Source of the DNA: Candidatus Caccoplasma sp. | Lineage (GTDB): Bacteria; Bacteroidota; Bacteroidia; Bacteroidales; G3-4614 | DNA length: 64,000 nucleotides | Direction of reading: 5' to 3' | Assembly (NCBI GenBank): GCA_045587545.1 | Contig: JAZNCN010000028.1 | Location: 79,045 to 143,044 of the forward strand | Part shown: in pieces, positions 22,057 through 32,218 of the stretch | How positions within the stretch are numbered: the stretch's first letter is position 1 | How the letters are laid out: each line of letters opens with the position of its first letter | The notes under the pieces: model-generated | What the model saw: the letters and a program-made list of their open reading frames with translations, nothing else | Told to the model about the DNA's origin: nothing | Database searches by the model: none | Program-made: the position numbers and the translations under genes

Positions 22057-22290
22057 TTTTGCTAAAATCCTTTATTTCTATACTTCAAAACGTTACAAAA
22101 TTTGCATTTCTTTTTTCAAAAAAAAAATTATTTTTTTCTTGCTTTTTTAAATTGATTTATATCTACCTGATTTATACCTATTTACATCAACATTACAAAA
22201 ATATGTTTAATAACATATTTTTTATATTAATGCTCCTATAATTCAGATATATACACATTTGTAATTTGTATAAATTAATAGTAAAAAATA

Positions 22291-22320
22291 AATTAATCCG
22301 CCTAAAATAGCGGATTAATT
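22291..22320 (-). terminator. rho-independent terminator (aattaatccgc-loop-gcggattaatt) after the mlaD-like gene
   Basis: 11-bp perfect stem followed on the minus strand by tattttttac. Confidence 0.65.
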
Positions 22321-22379
22321 GGTTATATAAATTTATGTATAATTATTCTTGTTATTTATACGACGTTCAAATAATAAAT

Positions 22380-23276
22380 TTATTTATCTTTACGTCCAAT
22401 CAAAGAGAAATGAACATATCTTTTTGGATGTGCTTTTAAGTCAATCAATAATGAATCTGCACTACTTAAAACATCAATAATTCCATCATATATACCTCTT
22501 TCGTTAAATAACAAACCTATAGAGCTCTCTTTATCATTCATCTTATCAGTTAAAAGTTTTACATTTGTTAGTGTTGTATCAAGTGATGCTGCAATCTGTT
22601 TAATTTGAACATCATTTAATTTTACTGTTAAACCTTTGATGTTTTGTGATGCTGTATCTATATTTGATATCAAAGAAGGCACTGAACCTGTCATTAATTT
22701 TGATAATTCAGATGATGTTGTTTCAAGTTCAGCAGTAATTGCATCTATTCGCTCTAACGAATTATTCAAGGCCGAACCATTTACTATTTTATTTATTCCA
22801 CCAAGAATACTATCAAGTTTGGGTAACAGATCTGTTATTTGAGGGACAAGCTCCTCTTCAATTGATGTCATCATTCCTTTTGCTGCTTGTGCCTCAAGTG
22901 TATCGCCTGGATTATAATATTCTTTTGACTCTTTATTTATATTTAATGTAATTATTGCTGTACCTAAAAGGTCTGATGATAATTCTGCTTTTGTTCCTTT
23001 GGTTAGTTTTATATTATCATCTACTCCAATCTCTACATTAATTTTACCTGTATTTACATCATATTTAATATCTCGTACTAACCCAACTTTAAATCCCTCA
23101 ATATTTACTGGTGCCGATAATGCCAAACCTGATACATTACTATATGATATGTTATAATAATTCGCCGGTTTCATCAGGTTTATTCCTTTTAAGAAATTTA
23201 TACCTACTACTAATAATGTAGCACATATTATTACTGTTATGGCTATTTTTACCTCTTTTGTAAAAAACTTTTTCAT
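22380..23276 (-). CDS. MlaD/MCE family protein
   Basis: 298-aa ORF. An N-terminal TM helix, then an MCE domain (VSGLALSAPVNIEGFKVGLV) and a coiled-coil tail. Confidence 0.75.
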   Translation of the reverse strand: MKKFFTKEVKIAITVIICATLLVVGINFLKGINLMKPANYYNISYSNVSGLALSAPVNIEGFKVGLVRDIKYDVNTGKINVEIGVDDNIKLTKGTKAELSSDLLGTAIITLNINKESKEYYNPGDTLEAQAAKGMMTSIEEELVPQITDLLPKLDSILGGINKIVNGSALNNSLERIDAITAELETTSSELSKLMTGSVPSLISNIDTASQNIKGLTVKLNDVQIKQIAASLDTTLTNVKLLTDKMNDKESSIGLLFNERGIYDGIIDVLSSADSLLIDLKAHPKRYVHFSLIGRKDK

Positions 23277-23286
23277 AGTTATATAT

Positions 23287-24435
23287 TTAGTTTTTAATCT
23301 TTTTATCGTTTATAAAATGAACAACAAATGCACCTTTGAAAAGTTTCTTTATTGCTGGCAACTCTTTTGATGCCTCTGTTTTTGTTTTAAAACTTCCGTA
23401 TGTATATTTATATAATCCGTTCTCCTTATAATATTTAATTTTTGATAGTCCCTTAAATATTGATGATGTTGTTTTATATTGTTTGTCTGATGCCATAATC
23501 TGAATTCTGTAATCTTCTTTTGAAACTATCACGTCAGTTTCCTGAGCATTAGACTGTGATTGATATTCATTTTTATTTATTGAATTTTCATTTATTGGGG
23601 TAGTTACTGCTCCTTGTTGCTTTCTACTCCAGTTTGATTTATATTCACTAAATGCATTATAAATTGATTCTGCTAATTTTAAACGAGATGATGATAGTGA
23701 TAGATATTTTTCTTCGTCGTAATTTGATATATATCCAACTTCAACCAATATACTTGGCATACTTGTTGCCCGCAACACCCAAAATCCGGCTTGCCTCACT
23801 CCCCTATCACTACGTTTTGCATTACTTTTAAACTGTTCTTGTACTTTTGATGCAAGATTTATACTTTGTTCCAAATGAATTCCCTGCATAAAGTCAAACA
23901 TTATATATGACTCGGTAGATGTAGGATCAAATCCTTCATACTTAGTTGTATAATCTTCTTCTAATAATATTACAGAGTTCTCTCTTTTTGCAACTTGCAA
24001 GTTCTCTTCTGATTTAGCAAGACCTAAAGCATAAGTCTCCGTTCCGCATGCCGATTTTGATTCTGCTGCATTTGTATGAACCGAAATGAATAAATCGGCA
24101 TTATTTCTATTCGCAATTCTTGCTCGCTCTCCTAACTCTACAAAAACATCTTTATTGCGTGTATATATTACTTTTACGTCAACATGATTCTTTTTTATTA
24201 ACTCACCCAACTTAAGTACTATTTCTAAATTTATATCCTTTTCTTTTACTTTTTTACCTATTGCACCCGGATCTTTTCCGCCATGGCCCGCATCAAGAAC
24301 AACAACAAATTCCTTTGCCATAGCCTCTTGTGGTATTATAAAAAGGCAACAAATGCATAGTGTTATTGCGAAAAGAAAGAGTATTATGTTATCTATTTTA
24401 TACATATAAAGATATTGCTTTGTATAATATAGCAA
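23287..24435 (-). CDS. N-acetylmuramoyl-L-alanine amidase (Amidase_3) with C-terminal SPOR domain
   Basis: 382-aa ORF. VVLDAGHGGKDPGA and SVHTNA catalytic blocks. The C-terminus is SPOR-like (YRIQIMAS...FVVHF). An alternative start is the ATG at 24405. Confidence 0.85.
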   Translation of the reverse strand: MLYYTKQYLYMYKIDNIILFLFAITLCICCLFIIPQEAMAKEFVVVLDAGHGGKDPGAIGKKVKEKDINLEIVLKLGELIKKNHVDVKVIYTRNKDVFVELGERARIANRNNADLFISVHTNAAESKSACGTETYALGLAKSEENLQVAKRENSVILLEEDYTTKYEGFDPTSTESYIMFDFMQGIHLEQSINLASKVQEQFKSNAKRSDRGVRQAGFWVLRATSMPSILVEVGYISNYDEEKYLSLSSSRLKLAESIYNAFSEYKSNWSRKQQGAVTTPINENSINKNEYQSQSNAQETDVIVSKEDYRIQIMASDKQYKTTSSIFKGLSKIKYYKENGLYKYTYGSFKTKTEASKELPAIKKLFKGAFVVHFINDKKIKN

Positions 24436-24578
24436 AGATAATAATATTTGTCTTTATTTTCTACATTTTGAGCTATTTTTATATGAATTATCTAATATTG
24501 AATATATTTTTATGGGTAATTTTATTTTTTTGAAAACATCTTGTTAACTTTACCGTAAATTTACGGGGATAAAATCAT

Positions 24579-25556
24579 ATGAGATTTTTTTTTATAAACA
24601 TACCCTTATCTTTAATATTGTTTTTAATCAGTTGCTCAAACAATATAAATAAAGATATTAAATTCAAACGTTTTGATATTGATTTGTACAATACAATAAA
24701 TAATATTGATACTTCATATCAAACTCGTTTGACAGAGGATTATCCTGCTCTTTTTGAACTATATTATTCCGGGATATTAGGAGGCACTGATAATAACACC
24801 AACTACTACGATAAACTGAATTATATAAAGGAAATAATATCTGTTGATAATTTTAATAATTTATATAATACTGTTTTAAGTGAATTTAGCGACTTAGATA
24901 AAGAAGAGACTATTCTTAGCAAATCAATTTTTAATTTTTATAAATTGTTCCCCAATTACTATTTCCCTGAAATTTATACTCATATATCTCCATTTGGATA
25001 TTCTATTATTACATCAGATTCTTTAATCTCTGTATCATTGGATAATTATTTAGGCGAAAATTTTTCAGGATACAATGGATTTTACCATAAATATCAAATG
25101 CCTAAAAGAAATAGAGACAGAATTGTTACTGATATATTTAAAGGGTGGATTTATGCTAATTTCAACAACTCTTTTATTAAAAATATTGCTGATGGCATGA
25201 TATACGAAGGAGCTGTTATATATGCAATTAAAGAGATTGTTCCTAATTGCAATGAAGGTCAAATAATTGGATATAATAAAGAACAAATTGAATGGCTTGA
25301 GAAGAATGAAGAATGGGTATGGAATTCTATTATAAATTCAAATCATTTATACTCAACAAACACTTTACTCTATTCAAAATATATGAACGAAGCTCCTTTT
25401 TGTGCTCTCTTAGGACAAGACGTACCGGCAGAGGTTGGCAAATGGATAGGATTCAAAATTATATCAAAATATATTAACAATACCGGCATTGATATTCTTG
25501 AAACTATATTAAAGGGTAATATCCCCACAGTGGAAATTCTTAAATATTATAATTGA
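24579..25556 (+). CDS. lipoprotein, tentatively GldB-like/DUF2268
   Basis: 325-aa ORF with a lipobox (LFLISC). The KRFDIDLY...DYPALF pattern resembles the GldB family. The function is not established. Confidence 0.45.
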   Translation: MRFFFINIPLSLILFLISCSNNINKDIKFKRFDIDLYNTINNIDTSYQTRLTEDYPALFELYYSGILGGTDNNTNYYDKLNYIKEIISVDNFNNLYNTVLSEFSDLDKEETILSKSIFNFYKLFPNYYFPEIYTHISPFGYSIITSDSLISVSLDNYLGENFSGYNGFYHKYQMPKRNRDRIVTDIFKGWIYANFNNSFIKNIADGMIYEGAVIYAIKEIVPNCNEGQIIGYNKEQIEWLEKNEEWVWNSIINSNHLYSTNTLLYSKYMNEAPFCALLGQDVPAEVGKWIGFKIISKYINNTGIDILETILKGNIPTVEILKYYN

Positions 25557-25560
25557 TAAA

Positions 25561-26313
25561 ATGAACAAAAAAATATTTGGTCTAATTGGCTATCCTTTGG
25601 GACACTCTTTTTCAAGAGATTTCTTTTCCAAAAAATTTAGTAATGAAAATATAAATGCAGAATATTTAAATTTTGAAATTGATGATATTTCAAAATTTAA
25701 AGACATCATTAAAGAGAATCATAATATTTATGGACTAAATGTAACTATTCCGTATAAAAGCGCCATTATACCCTTTTTAGATGAGGTTGATGAAACTGCC
25801 CAAAATATAGGCGCAGTAAATGTTATTAAATTCATAAGATTTGGAAACTCTTTAAAATTAAAAGGATACAATAGTGATATTATAGGCTTTACTAATTCTA
25901 TATCTCCTCTTTTAAAAGAGCATAACAATAAAGCTCTAATATTAGGAACAGGCGGAGTTTCTAAAGCAATTAAATATGCCTTAAATAAAATAGGTGTTGA
26001 TACACTTTTTGTCTCGAGAGACAAAAAAGAAAACACTATTACATACACAGAGCTTAACAAAGATGTTATGAATGAATACTCTGTTATAGTTAATGCTTCG
26101 CCTGTAGGTATGTATCCAAATATTGATATTGCTCCCGATATACCGTACGAACTTATTACAAACAATCATGTTGTTTTTGATACGATATACAATCCTGAAG
26201 AAACTTTATTTATGAAAATGGCTTCAAAAAATGGAGCAATTGTAAAGAACGGATTAGAGATGCTTATCGGACAAGCAATAGCAGCATGGAAAATATGGAA
26301 TTCTGAACATTAA
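25561..26313 (+). CDS. aroE: shikimate dehydrogenase
   Basis: 250-aa ORF. GLIGYPLGHSFS, NVTIPYK and GTGGVSKA motifs. Confidence 0.85.
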   Translation: MNKKIFGLIGYPLGHSFSRDFFSKKFSNENINAEYLNFEIDDISKFKDIIKENHNIYGLNVTIPYKSAIIPFLDEVDETAQNIGAVNVIKFIRFGNSLKLKGYNSDIIGFTNSISPLLKEHNNKALILGTGGVSKAIKYALNKIGVDTLFVSRDKKENTITYTELNKDVMNEYSVIVNASPVGMYPNIDIAPDIPYELITNNHVVFDTIYNPEETLFMKMASKNGAIVKNGLEMLIGQAIAAWKIWNSEH

Positions 26314-26329
26314 AATTGAGTTTTGCGTT

Positions 26330-26491
26330 ATGTATATAAACATTATATACATGACACGTGATATTATTAAATACATTGCAATAGCCATATCTGTTATATT
26401 GGTTATTTGGTGGTTGTTGGTCGCAAGTAATTTAAATGAAGACTCTTCCTTTATTGAAGAGACCGAAAATGAAAGTATCATTAATAATTAA
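26330..26491 (+). CDS. possible small single-pass membrane protein (53 aa)
   Basis: My own translation is MYINIIYMTRDIIKYIAIAISVILVIWWLLVASNLNEDSSFIEETENESIINN. It has one hydrophobic helix. It is below the ORF-track cutoff. No homology was recognised. Confidence 0.3.
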   Translation: MYINIIYMTRDIIKYIAIAISVILVIWWLLVASNLNEDSSFIEETENESIINN

Positions 26492-26567
26492 GTTTTTTTA
26501 TTCATATTAAGATATTCATCTAAACAATTTAATTTATTATGGTGTTTTGATAATAAAATACAACACC

Positions 26568-26792
26568 ATGATAAATTATATTATTCCTGAACATGCATAC
26601 AAGATTTGGGGAATATTAAGCGAATCTTATATTGAAAAAGCCACTAATATAAAGCAAAGATTAGGGCTTAAAGATTATGAACTTTTTGCAGCAATCGGTT
26701 GGCTTGCTCATGACAGAAATATTTATTTTATAAATTATAACGACGAACTCTACTTAAGCAACAAAGAGGTTAATATGTTTGTTAGAATGTAA
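26568..26792 (+). CDS. small winged-helix protein (DUF2582-like)
   Basis: 74 aa from the ATG at 26568 (the ORF track uses an upstream TTG at 26547). The IWGILSE...LGLKDYELFAAIGWLAHD pattern resembles the DUF2582 wHTH family. Confidence 0.5.
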   Translation: MINYIIPEHAYKIWGILSESYIEKATNIKQRLGLKDYELFAAIGWLAHDRNIYFINYNDELYLSNKEVNMFVRM

Positions 26793-26826
26793 TAAGTCTT
26801 GACTATATTCTATAAATAAGGACAAC

Positions 26827-26863
26827 GAGAACCCCAAAGTCTTATCCAAACTTTGGGGTTCTC
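26827..26863. terminator. bidirectional hairpin terminator (gagaaccccaaagt...actttggggttctc)
   Basis: 14-bp stem between convergent genes. Confidence 0.7.
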
Positions 26864-26895
26864 TTAAAATATTATTCAACTGTATTCAATCAATA

Positions 26896-29316
26896 TTATA
26901 TCCACCTTCTCCAGAAAGGTTTTTTCTTGGTTACTGAATATTGCTCACCATAACCATAACCGTAGCCATAACCATAGCCATATTTATTCTTGTACCCATA
27001 ACCGTAACCATAACCATAACGTTTATATCCGTAAACTTTTGATTTTATATCTACTGCATTTACCAGTATATATAAATTTCTCAAACGGTCTGTTTTTACC
27101 AAATCCTCAAGAGCATCAATATATTTCTTTGATGAATATTTTGCTCTCATAATGTAAAGATTTAAATCAACATATGGCGTTATCAAGAATGTATCCGAAA
27201 CCATTCCGACAGGAGCTGTATCAACAATTATATATTCATATCTTTCACGTAAATAATCAAACACATCGCCTAATGATGAATTCATCAATAACTCATTTGG
27301 ATTTGGTGGTGTCGGTCCTGCTGGTAACAAATCAAGATATTCAGACATACCAGAAGGAACAATTAATGAAGACAAATCACTCTCTTTACCTGACAGATAT
27401 GTTACAATTCCTCTTGATGTTGATAATGAAAAATATTTTCTTACTTGTGGACGTCTAATATCTAATCCTACCAATATGGTTTTTTTCTTTGCCAAAGCAA
27501 AACTTAAAGCCAAGTTTGCAGAACAAAATGTTTTTCCTTCTTGAGTTGTTGTTGATGTAACATTAATTATTTTACGTTCCGGAACATCTAATATGGCTTG
27601 TAAATTATTACGAGTCAAACGGAATAACTCAACAATAGGAGCTGTAGATTTGGGCTTAACGACAAAATTATCTTTTGTTTCGTTTACTGAAATCTCTCCT
27701 AAAACCGGTATCTCTGTCAATCGTTCAACATCAATTCTATCTTTAAATGTTACGGTAAACAATCCTATAACAAATATTACTATAGCCGGAATTATTAAAC
27801 CAACAGCCAATGCAGTCATTAACGATTTAGGGCGATTAGGCTCAACCGGACCCCCTGTTGGCTCAGGAGAATCTATTATTGTAGCTATTGGCACTGTCAA
27901 TGCCTGACTCAATGCATTTTCTTCACGTTTCTTTAACAAGAACAAATATAATTCATTCTTGATAGCTTGTTGACGCATAACTTCTGCCATCTGTCTTTCA
28001 ATTGCAGGAGCAGTAGACAATTTGCTATCTATATCATTATATTTATTTTGTAATTGTTGTTGTTCATGTTTAAGAATTAAACGTGTTGACTCAATAGAAT
28101 TCTTTACACCCTCTCTTAAGGTTATTATATTCTGTTCAATACGTGAAATTGAGGGATTAATTCCTGAAGAGGTATATAATAATCTTGCACGAGCCATTAA
28201 TTCTTGATTATACTTTTTAATAATAGAATTAAATGATGCATTTTCAATACCTAATTCAGGTATTATTGAAAATTCATTATCTTTATCATTAATAAATTTC
28301 TCAACATAATCAATCAGATTAAGTTGCATCTCGGCATTATATATCTCTTCCTTAATTTTTTGAGACTCTTGTAATGCTGTTGCGGCATTATCTTCAGGAG
28401 ATATGAGTTTGTAATCTTTTTTGTATGCCTCTATCTCACGCTCAACATCTCCTAATTCTTGAGCTATAGCCAATATACGCTCATCTATAAATTTACCGGT
28501 ATTTATTAATGCTTGATTTTTTTCATTTACACTTAATTCATTATAGTAATATACAACTTTCTCCAATATATCTTTTGCCTGCTGAATATTGTATGTTCTT
28601 AATGACATTGTAAGAATTGTTGAACCCTCTGTTAAAACCTCTGGGATTATTGAGTTTGACAGATATCGTGCTTTACCATAAGGTGATTCAACGGTTATTA
28701 CAATATCATCTTTGGGCATATATACTCCATTCAAACGAATCATTCTCAATGTTATGCCTCCTATTTGAATATCTATAGGCTCATTCTTTAATATATGTGT
28801 CTGTGTTTTATTACCATATGATATTTGCAATGAATATGTACCGTTTTGTAATGAGGGTATTGCATCAACTCTTATAGGACCATGTAAATTCATTACATCT
28901 GCTGAATCAATTTCAAGTAATATTGGAGTTGAATCATATATATTAAAACTTCTAAGTCCTTTTTTCTGAAAATATGTTGTATGAATTTTTAAATCCATAA
29001 CCACTTTCATCATTATTGCTCGAGAGCGCATAACTTCTGTCTCATTTTCCAAGTTACTGCGATTTGTTCTCAATCCTAATGTTTCAAGCATAATATTATC
29101 TGCAGCACCACTGTTTCTATCGTTCTTCATCAATATTGATGTAGATACTTTATAGACATCATTCTTTTGAGCTAAATCAAAAGCGGTATATCCTACCGAT
29201 AAGACAGCGCACAAAACAAACCATTTCCAATAAACTAAATATGTGAATAAAATCTCTCTGAAATCAGCAAGTTTATTCTGGTCTTCTTCTTTTGAAAAGA
29301 ATTTATTATTATCCAT
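26896..29316 (-). CDS. polysaccharide co-polymerase / BY-tyrosine autokinase (Wzc-like)
   Basis: 806-aa ORF. Wzz-type N-terminus with 2 TM helices and a coiled coil. C-terminal kinase Walker A (TTTQEGKT). Tyr-rich tail YGYKRYGYGYGYGYKNKYGYGYGYGYGYG. Confidence 0.85.
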   Translation of the reverse strand: MDNNKFFSKEEDQNKLADFREILFTYLVYWKWFVLCAVLSVGYTAFDLAQKNDVYKVSTSILMKNDRNSGAADNIMLETLGLRTNRSNLENETEVMRSRAIMMKVVMDLKIHTTYFQKKGLRSFNIYDSTPILLEIDSADVMNLHGPIRVDAIPSLQNGTYSLQISYGNKTQTHILKNEPIDIQIGGITLRMIRLNGVYMPKDDIVITVESPYGKARYLSNSIIPEVLTEGSTILTMSLRTYNIQQAKDILEKVVYYYNELSVNEKNQALINTGKFIDERILAIAQELGDVEREIEAYKKDYKLISPEDNAATALQESQKIKEEIYNAEMQLNLIDYVEKFINDKDNEFSIIPELGIENASFNSIIKKYNQELMARARLLYTSSGINPSISRIEQNIITLREGVKNSIESTRLILKHEQQQLQNKYNDIDSKLSTAPAIERQMAEVMRQQAIKNELYLFLLKKREENALSQALTVPIATIIDSPEPTGGPVEPNRPKSLMTALAVGLIIPAIVIFVIGLFTVTFKDRIDVERLTEIPVLGEISVNETKDNFVVKPKSTAPIVELFRLTRNNLQAILDVPERKIINVTSTTTQEGKTFCSANLALSFALAKKKTILVGLDIRRPQVRKYFSLSTSRGIVTYLSGKESDLSSLIVPSGMSEYLDLLPAGPTPPNPNELLMNSSLGDVFDYLRERYEYIIVDTAPVGMVSDTFLITPYVDLNLYIMRAKYSSKKYIDALEDLVKTDRLRNLYILVNAVDIKSKVYGYKRYGYGYGYGYKNKYGYGYGYGYGYGEQYSVTKKKPFWRRWI

Positions 29317-29317
29317 A

Positions 29318-30118
29318 TTATCGTGTATAAGTTCTGACTAATGTTGCTATTGAGACTACTGTAGAAACCATACTTAATGAGAATGTTACTACAGATGGCA
29401 ATGTAAACGCACTTCTTGTTTTTGATCTGTTCTGCTCAACATATATCATATCATTTTGTTTAAGATTGAAATATGGAGAGAATAGTAAATATTTATCATT
29501 AAGGTTATATCGGTATATCTCTCTTGAACCATTATCATTGGTTCTAATAAGCATAATATTATTTCTTTTTGCCGAGATATTTAAATCGCCTGCCATAGCC
29601 AATGCTTCAAGAATATTTATATTATCCTTTTCAATATCCAAGACTCCCGGCGATGCAACATCTCCGATAATTGTTATTTTAAAATTTGATATTTTAATTG
29701 TAACAACAGGCTCTTTTTTTACATATTGAGGATATATTAGAGAAGCAATAAGCTGTTCAGCCTGATATGTAGTAAGCCCCACAACTGAAACTTTGCCAAT
29801 AATAGGCACTACTATATTACCATCATTGTCAACCCTATATGTATTATTTTCTAATGATTTATTACCTGTTGTTATTTCTCCTACTTCAGATGCTTGAATT
29901 GTTTGCTTGTTAAACAAGGCTACTGATTCTTGATCATCAGATTCAATTTTTAAAGACAACTCATCACCTACTGATATCTTAACGTTAGCAGGTTCTGATT
30001 TTTGTTGTAATAACTCAACCGGTAAAGTCTCTGCTTCTTTTAAATAAATAACCTGTTTGGCTTCTTTACACGATGAAACTAATAGTATTGTCAGTAAAAT
30101 TAAAATAATATTACGCAT
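29318..30118 (-). CDS. polysaccharide export outer-membrane protein (Wza-like)
   Basis: Poly_export/SLBB-like sequence. The likely start is the ATG at 30118 (MRNIILILLTILLVSSC lipobox). The ORF track extends to 30199. Confidence 0.8.
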   Translation of the reverse strand: MRNIILILLTILLVSSCKEAKQVIYLKEAETLPVELLQQKSEPANVKISVGDELSLKIESDDQESVALFNKQTIQASEVGEITTGNKSLENNTYRVDNDGNIVVPIIGKVSVVGLTTYQAEQLIASLIYPQYVKKEPVVTIKISNFKITIIGDVASPGVLDIEKDNINILEALAMAGDLNISAKRNNIMLIRTNDNGSREIYRYNLNDKYLLFSPYFNLKQNDMIYVEQNRSKTRSAFTLPSVVTFSLSMVSTVVSIATLVRTYTR

Positions 30119-30325
30119 AAATCTTGCTAAATTTAAAATATAGGCAAAAATAACCCATTTATAGCAAATATCAAAATTATACCATAAATAACTTATCATA
30201 TAACATTTTATATATCATTACACTACTGCATGATTATTGTTTAATAAAAAATATTTATTTACAAATTCATCGTCATTTTTTCGCATAAAATAGAAATGTA
30301 TTGTTTAAATTTAAAATAAAAGCCT

Positions 30326-30333
30326 TATATTTG
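30326..30333 (+). promoter_or_regulatory. Bacteroidota -7 promoter box TATATTTG (TAnnTTTG)
   Basis: Lies 50 nt upstream of the 30383 start. The same ttatatttgcac context precedes the paralog. Confidence 0.4.
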
Positions 30334-30382
30334 CACAAAAATACAGAATTTGTGAATTTAAATAAGTTATTAAAGAAAAGTT

Positions 30383-32035
30383 ATGTATAAAGGTTTTAAC
30401 AGTTACGTAGAAGAAAGCATAAGACAAAATTGGGAAATGTTGTCTTTAAGCGATTATAAAGGTGTTACATTTCAATATAAAGACATTGCTCGAAAAATTG
30501 CCAAGTTGCATATCCTTATGGAGAATGCCGGAATTGAAAAAGGAGATAAAATAGCATTATGTGGAAAAAATACATCGCACTGGGCAATTGCTTTTTTTGC
30601 AACACTATCATATGGAGCAATTGCTGTTCCCATTTTACATGAGTTTAAAGCTGACAATATTCACAATATTGTAAATCACAGCGAAGCCAAACTTCTATTC
30701 GTAGGAGATGTTGTTTGGGAGAATATCAATGACGAATTAATGACCGGATTGGAGAGTATTATTTTAATAAATGACTACTCTATTTTAAAAACCAATAACG
30801 AAAAACTTAAATATGCACGCGAACACTTGAATGAACTATTTGGTAAACGTTATCCTAATAGATTTACTGCAGAAGATTTAAATTTTCACAAAGATTCTCC
30901 AGAAGAGTTAGCTCTTATTAATTACACATCTGGTTCTACAGGATTCTCAAAAGGAGTTATGCTTCCTTATAGAGCATTAGTAACAAATCTTCAATATATA
31001 TTGGAAAATGTTACTCAACAAAAACATGGAGACAATATCGTTGCTATGTTGCCAATGGCTCATATGTATGGTTTAATGGTTGAGGTATGTAACTCATTCT
31101 GTCGAGGTTGCCATATACATTTCTTAACACGCATACCATCTCCGAAAGTTATTCTTGAGGCATTTGCCGAGTGCAAGCCTACATTTATAATAACAGTACC
31201 ATTGGTCATTGAAAAAATCATTAGAACTAAGGTATTCCCACTTCTTGACAAACCATTAATGAAAGTTCTTCTTAAAATACCATTCCTTGATGACCAACTT
31301 TTATCAAAAGTAAGAGCAAAATTAGAAGAGAGTTTCGGAGGAAATATTAAACAAATTATTGTTGGTGGAGCTGCTCTCAACAAAGAAGTTGAGCAATTTT
31401 TACAAAAAATAGGATTTCCTTTGACAGTAGGTTATGGAATGACAGAATGTGCTCCTCTTATATCATATTGTTGGTGGGAAGATACAAAGCCTCTATCTTG
31501 TGGTAAAATTTTACCGTACAACGAATGTAAGATTAACTCTATTGACCCTGAGAATATTCCCGGAGAGGTATGGATAAAAGGAGGAAATGTCATGCAAGGG
31601 TACTATAAGAACGAAGAAGCAACAGAAGCCGTTATGGACGGAGAATGGATGAATACAGGAGACCTTGGAATTATTGATAAAGATGGTTTCTTGTTCTTAA
31701 AAGGTCGTAGTAAAAATATGATTCTTGGTCCTTCCGGACAAAATATTTATCCCGAGGAGATTGAAGACAAAATAAACAATATGCATTTGGTTAACGAATC
31801 AATTGTCATTGAACAAGATGGTAAACTTGTAGCATTGATTTATCCCGATTTTGAAAGTGCGTCAAAATTAGGTTTTGACCAAAAAGCAGTAATTGATATT
31901 ATGGAAGAGAACCGAGTAATGCTTAATAAAACTCTTGCGGCATATTGCCAGATTACAAAAGTTAAAATATTTTACGAAGAATTTGAAAAAACAGCCAAAC
32001 GAAGCATTAAACGTTTCTTATATCAGAACGCATAA
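30383..32035 (+). CDS. AMP-dependent synthetase/ligase (long-chain acyl-CoA ligase-like), paralog 1
   Basis: 550-aa ORF. AMP-binding motif YTSGSTGFSKGV, plus GYGMTE and TGDLG. Confidence 0.8.
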   Translation: MYKGFNSYVEESIRQNWEMLSLSDYKGVTFQYKDIARKIAKLHILMENAGIEKGDKIALCGKNTSHWAIAFFATLSYGAIAVPILHEFKADNIHNIVNHSEAKLLFVGDVVWENINDELMTGLESIILINDYSILKTNNEKLKYAREHLNELFGKRYPNRFTAEDLNFHKDSPEELALINYTSGSTGFSKGVMLPYRALVTNLQYILENVTQQKHGDNIVAMLPMAHMYGLMVEVCNSFCRGCHIHFLTRIPSPKVILEAFAECKPTFIITVPLVIEKIIRTKVFPLLDKPLMKVLLKIPFLDDQLLSKVRAKLEESFGGNIKQIIVGGAALNKEVEQFLQKIGFPLTVGYGMTECAPLISYCWWEDTKPLSCGKILPYNECKINSIDPENIPGEVWIKGGNVMQGYYKNEEATEAVMDGEWMNTGDLGIIDKDGFLFLKGRSKNMILGPSGQNIYPEEIEDKINNMHLVNESIVIEQDGKLVALIYPDFESASKLGFDQKAVIDIMEENRVMLNKTLAAYCQITKVKIFYEEFEKTAKRSIKRFLYQNA

Positions 32036-32060
32036 ATAATTAAATATATATTGCACTATG

Positions 32061-32095
32061 ACAGAGTATGTTAAGAACACAGAGACATACTCTGT
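32061..32095 (+). terminator. rho-independent terminator (acagagtatg...catactctgt + T-rich)
   Basis: 10-bp perfect stem 26 nt after the paralog-1 stop, followed by taattttta. Confidence 0.65.
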
Positions 32096-32128
32096 TAATT
32101 TTTATGTGACTTTTTAAACATTTTTTAT

Positions 32129-32136
32129 TATATTTG
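32129..32136 (+). promoter_or_regulatory. Bacteroidota -7 promoter box TATATTTG
   Basis: TAnnTTTG match 83 nt upstream of the paralog-2 start. Confidence 0.35.
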
Positions 32137-32218
32137 CACTATATAGATTTTTACATTAACAACACAATCTATATTTATTATTGTTATATCATAAGTATAA
32201 TCCATAAATACAACAACT

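Noticed and set aside
22057-22379. oriC next to dnaA (AT-rich 320-bp region with poly-A/T tracts).
   Set aside because: I found no cluster of TTATNCACA DnaA boxes, only one 8/9 match (atatacaca). In Bacteroidota the origin need not be next to dnaA, so there is not enough support.
26254-26481. 75-aa minus-strand ORF downstream of aroE.
   Set aside because: It overlaps the aroE 3' end antisense and has an implausible composition. A 53-codon + strand ORF with a TM helix (26330-26491) explains the region slightly better and is itself reported only at low confidence.
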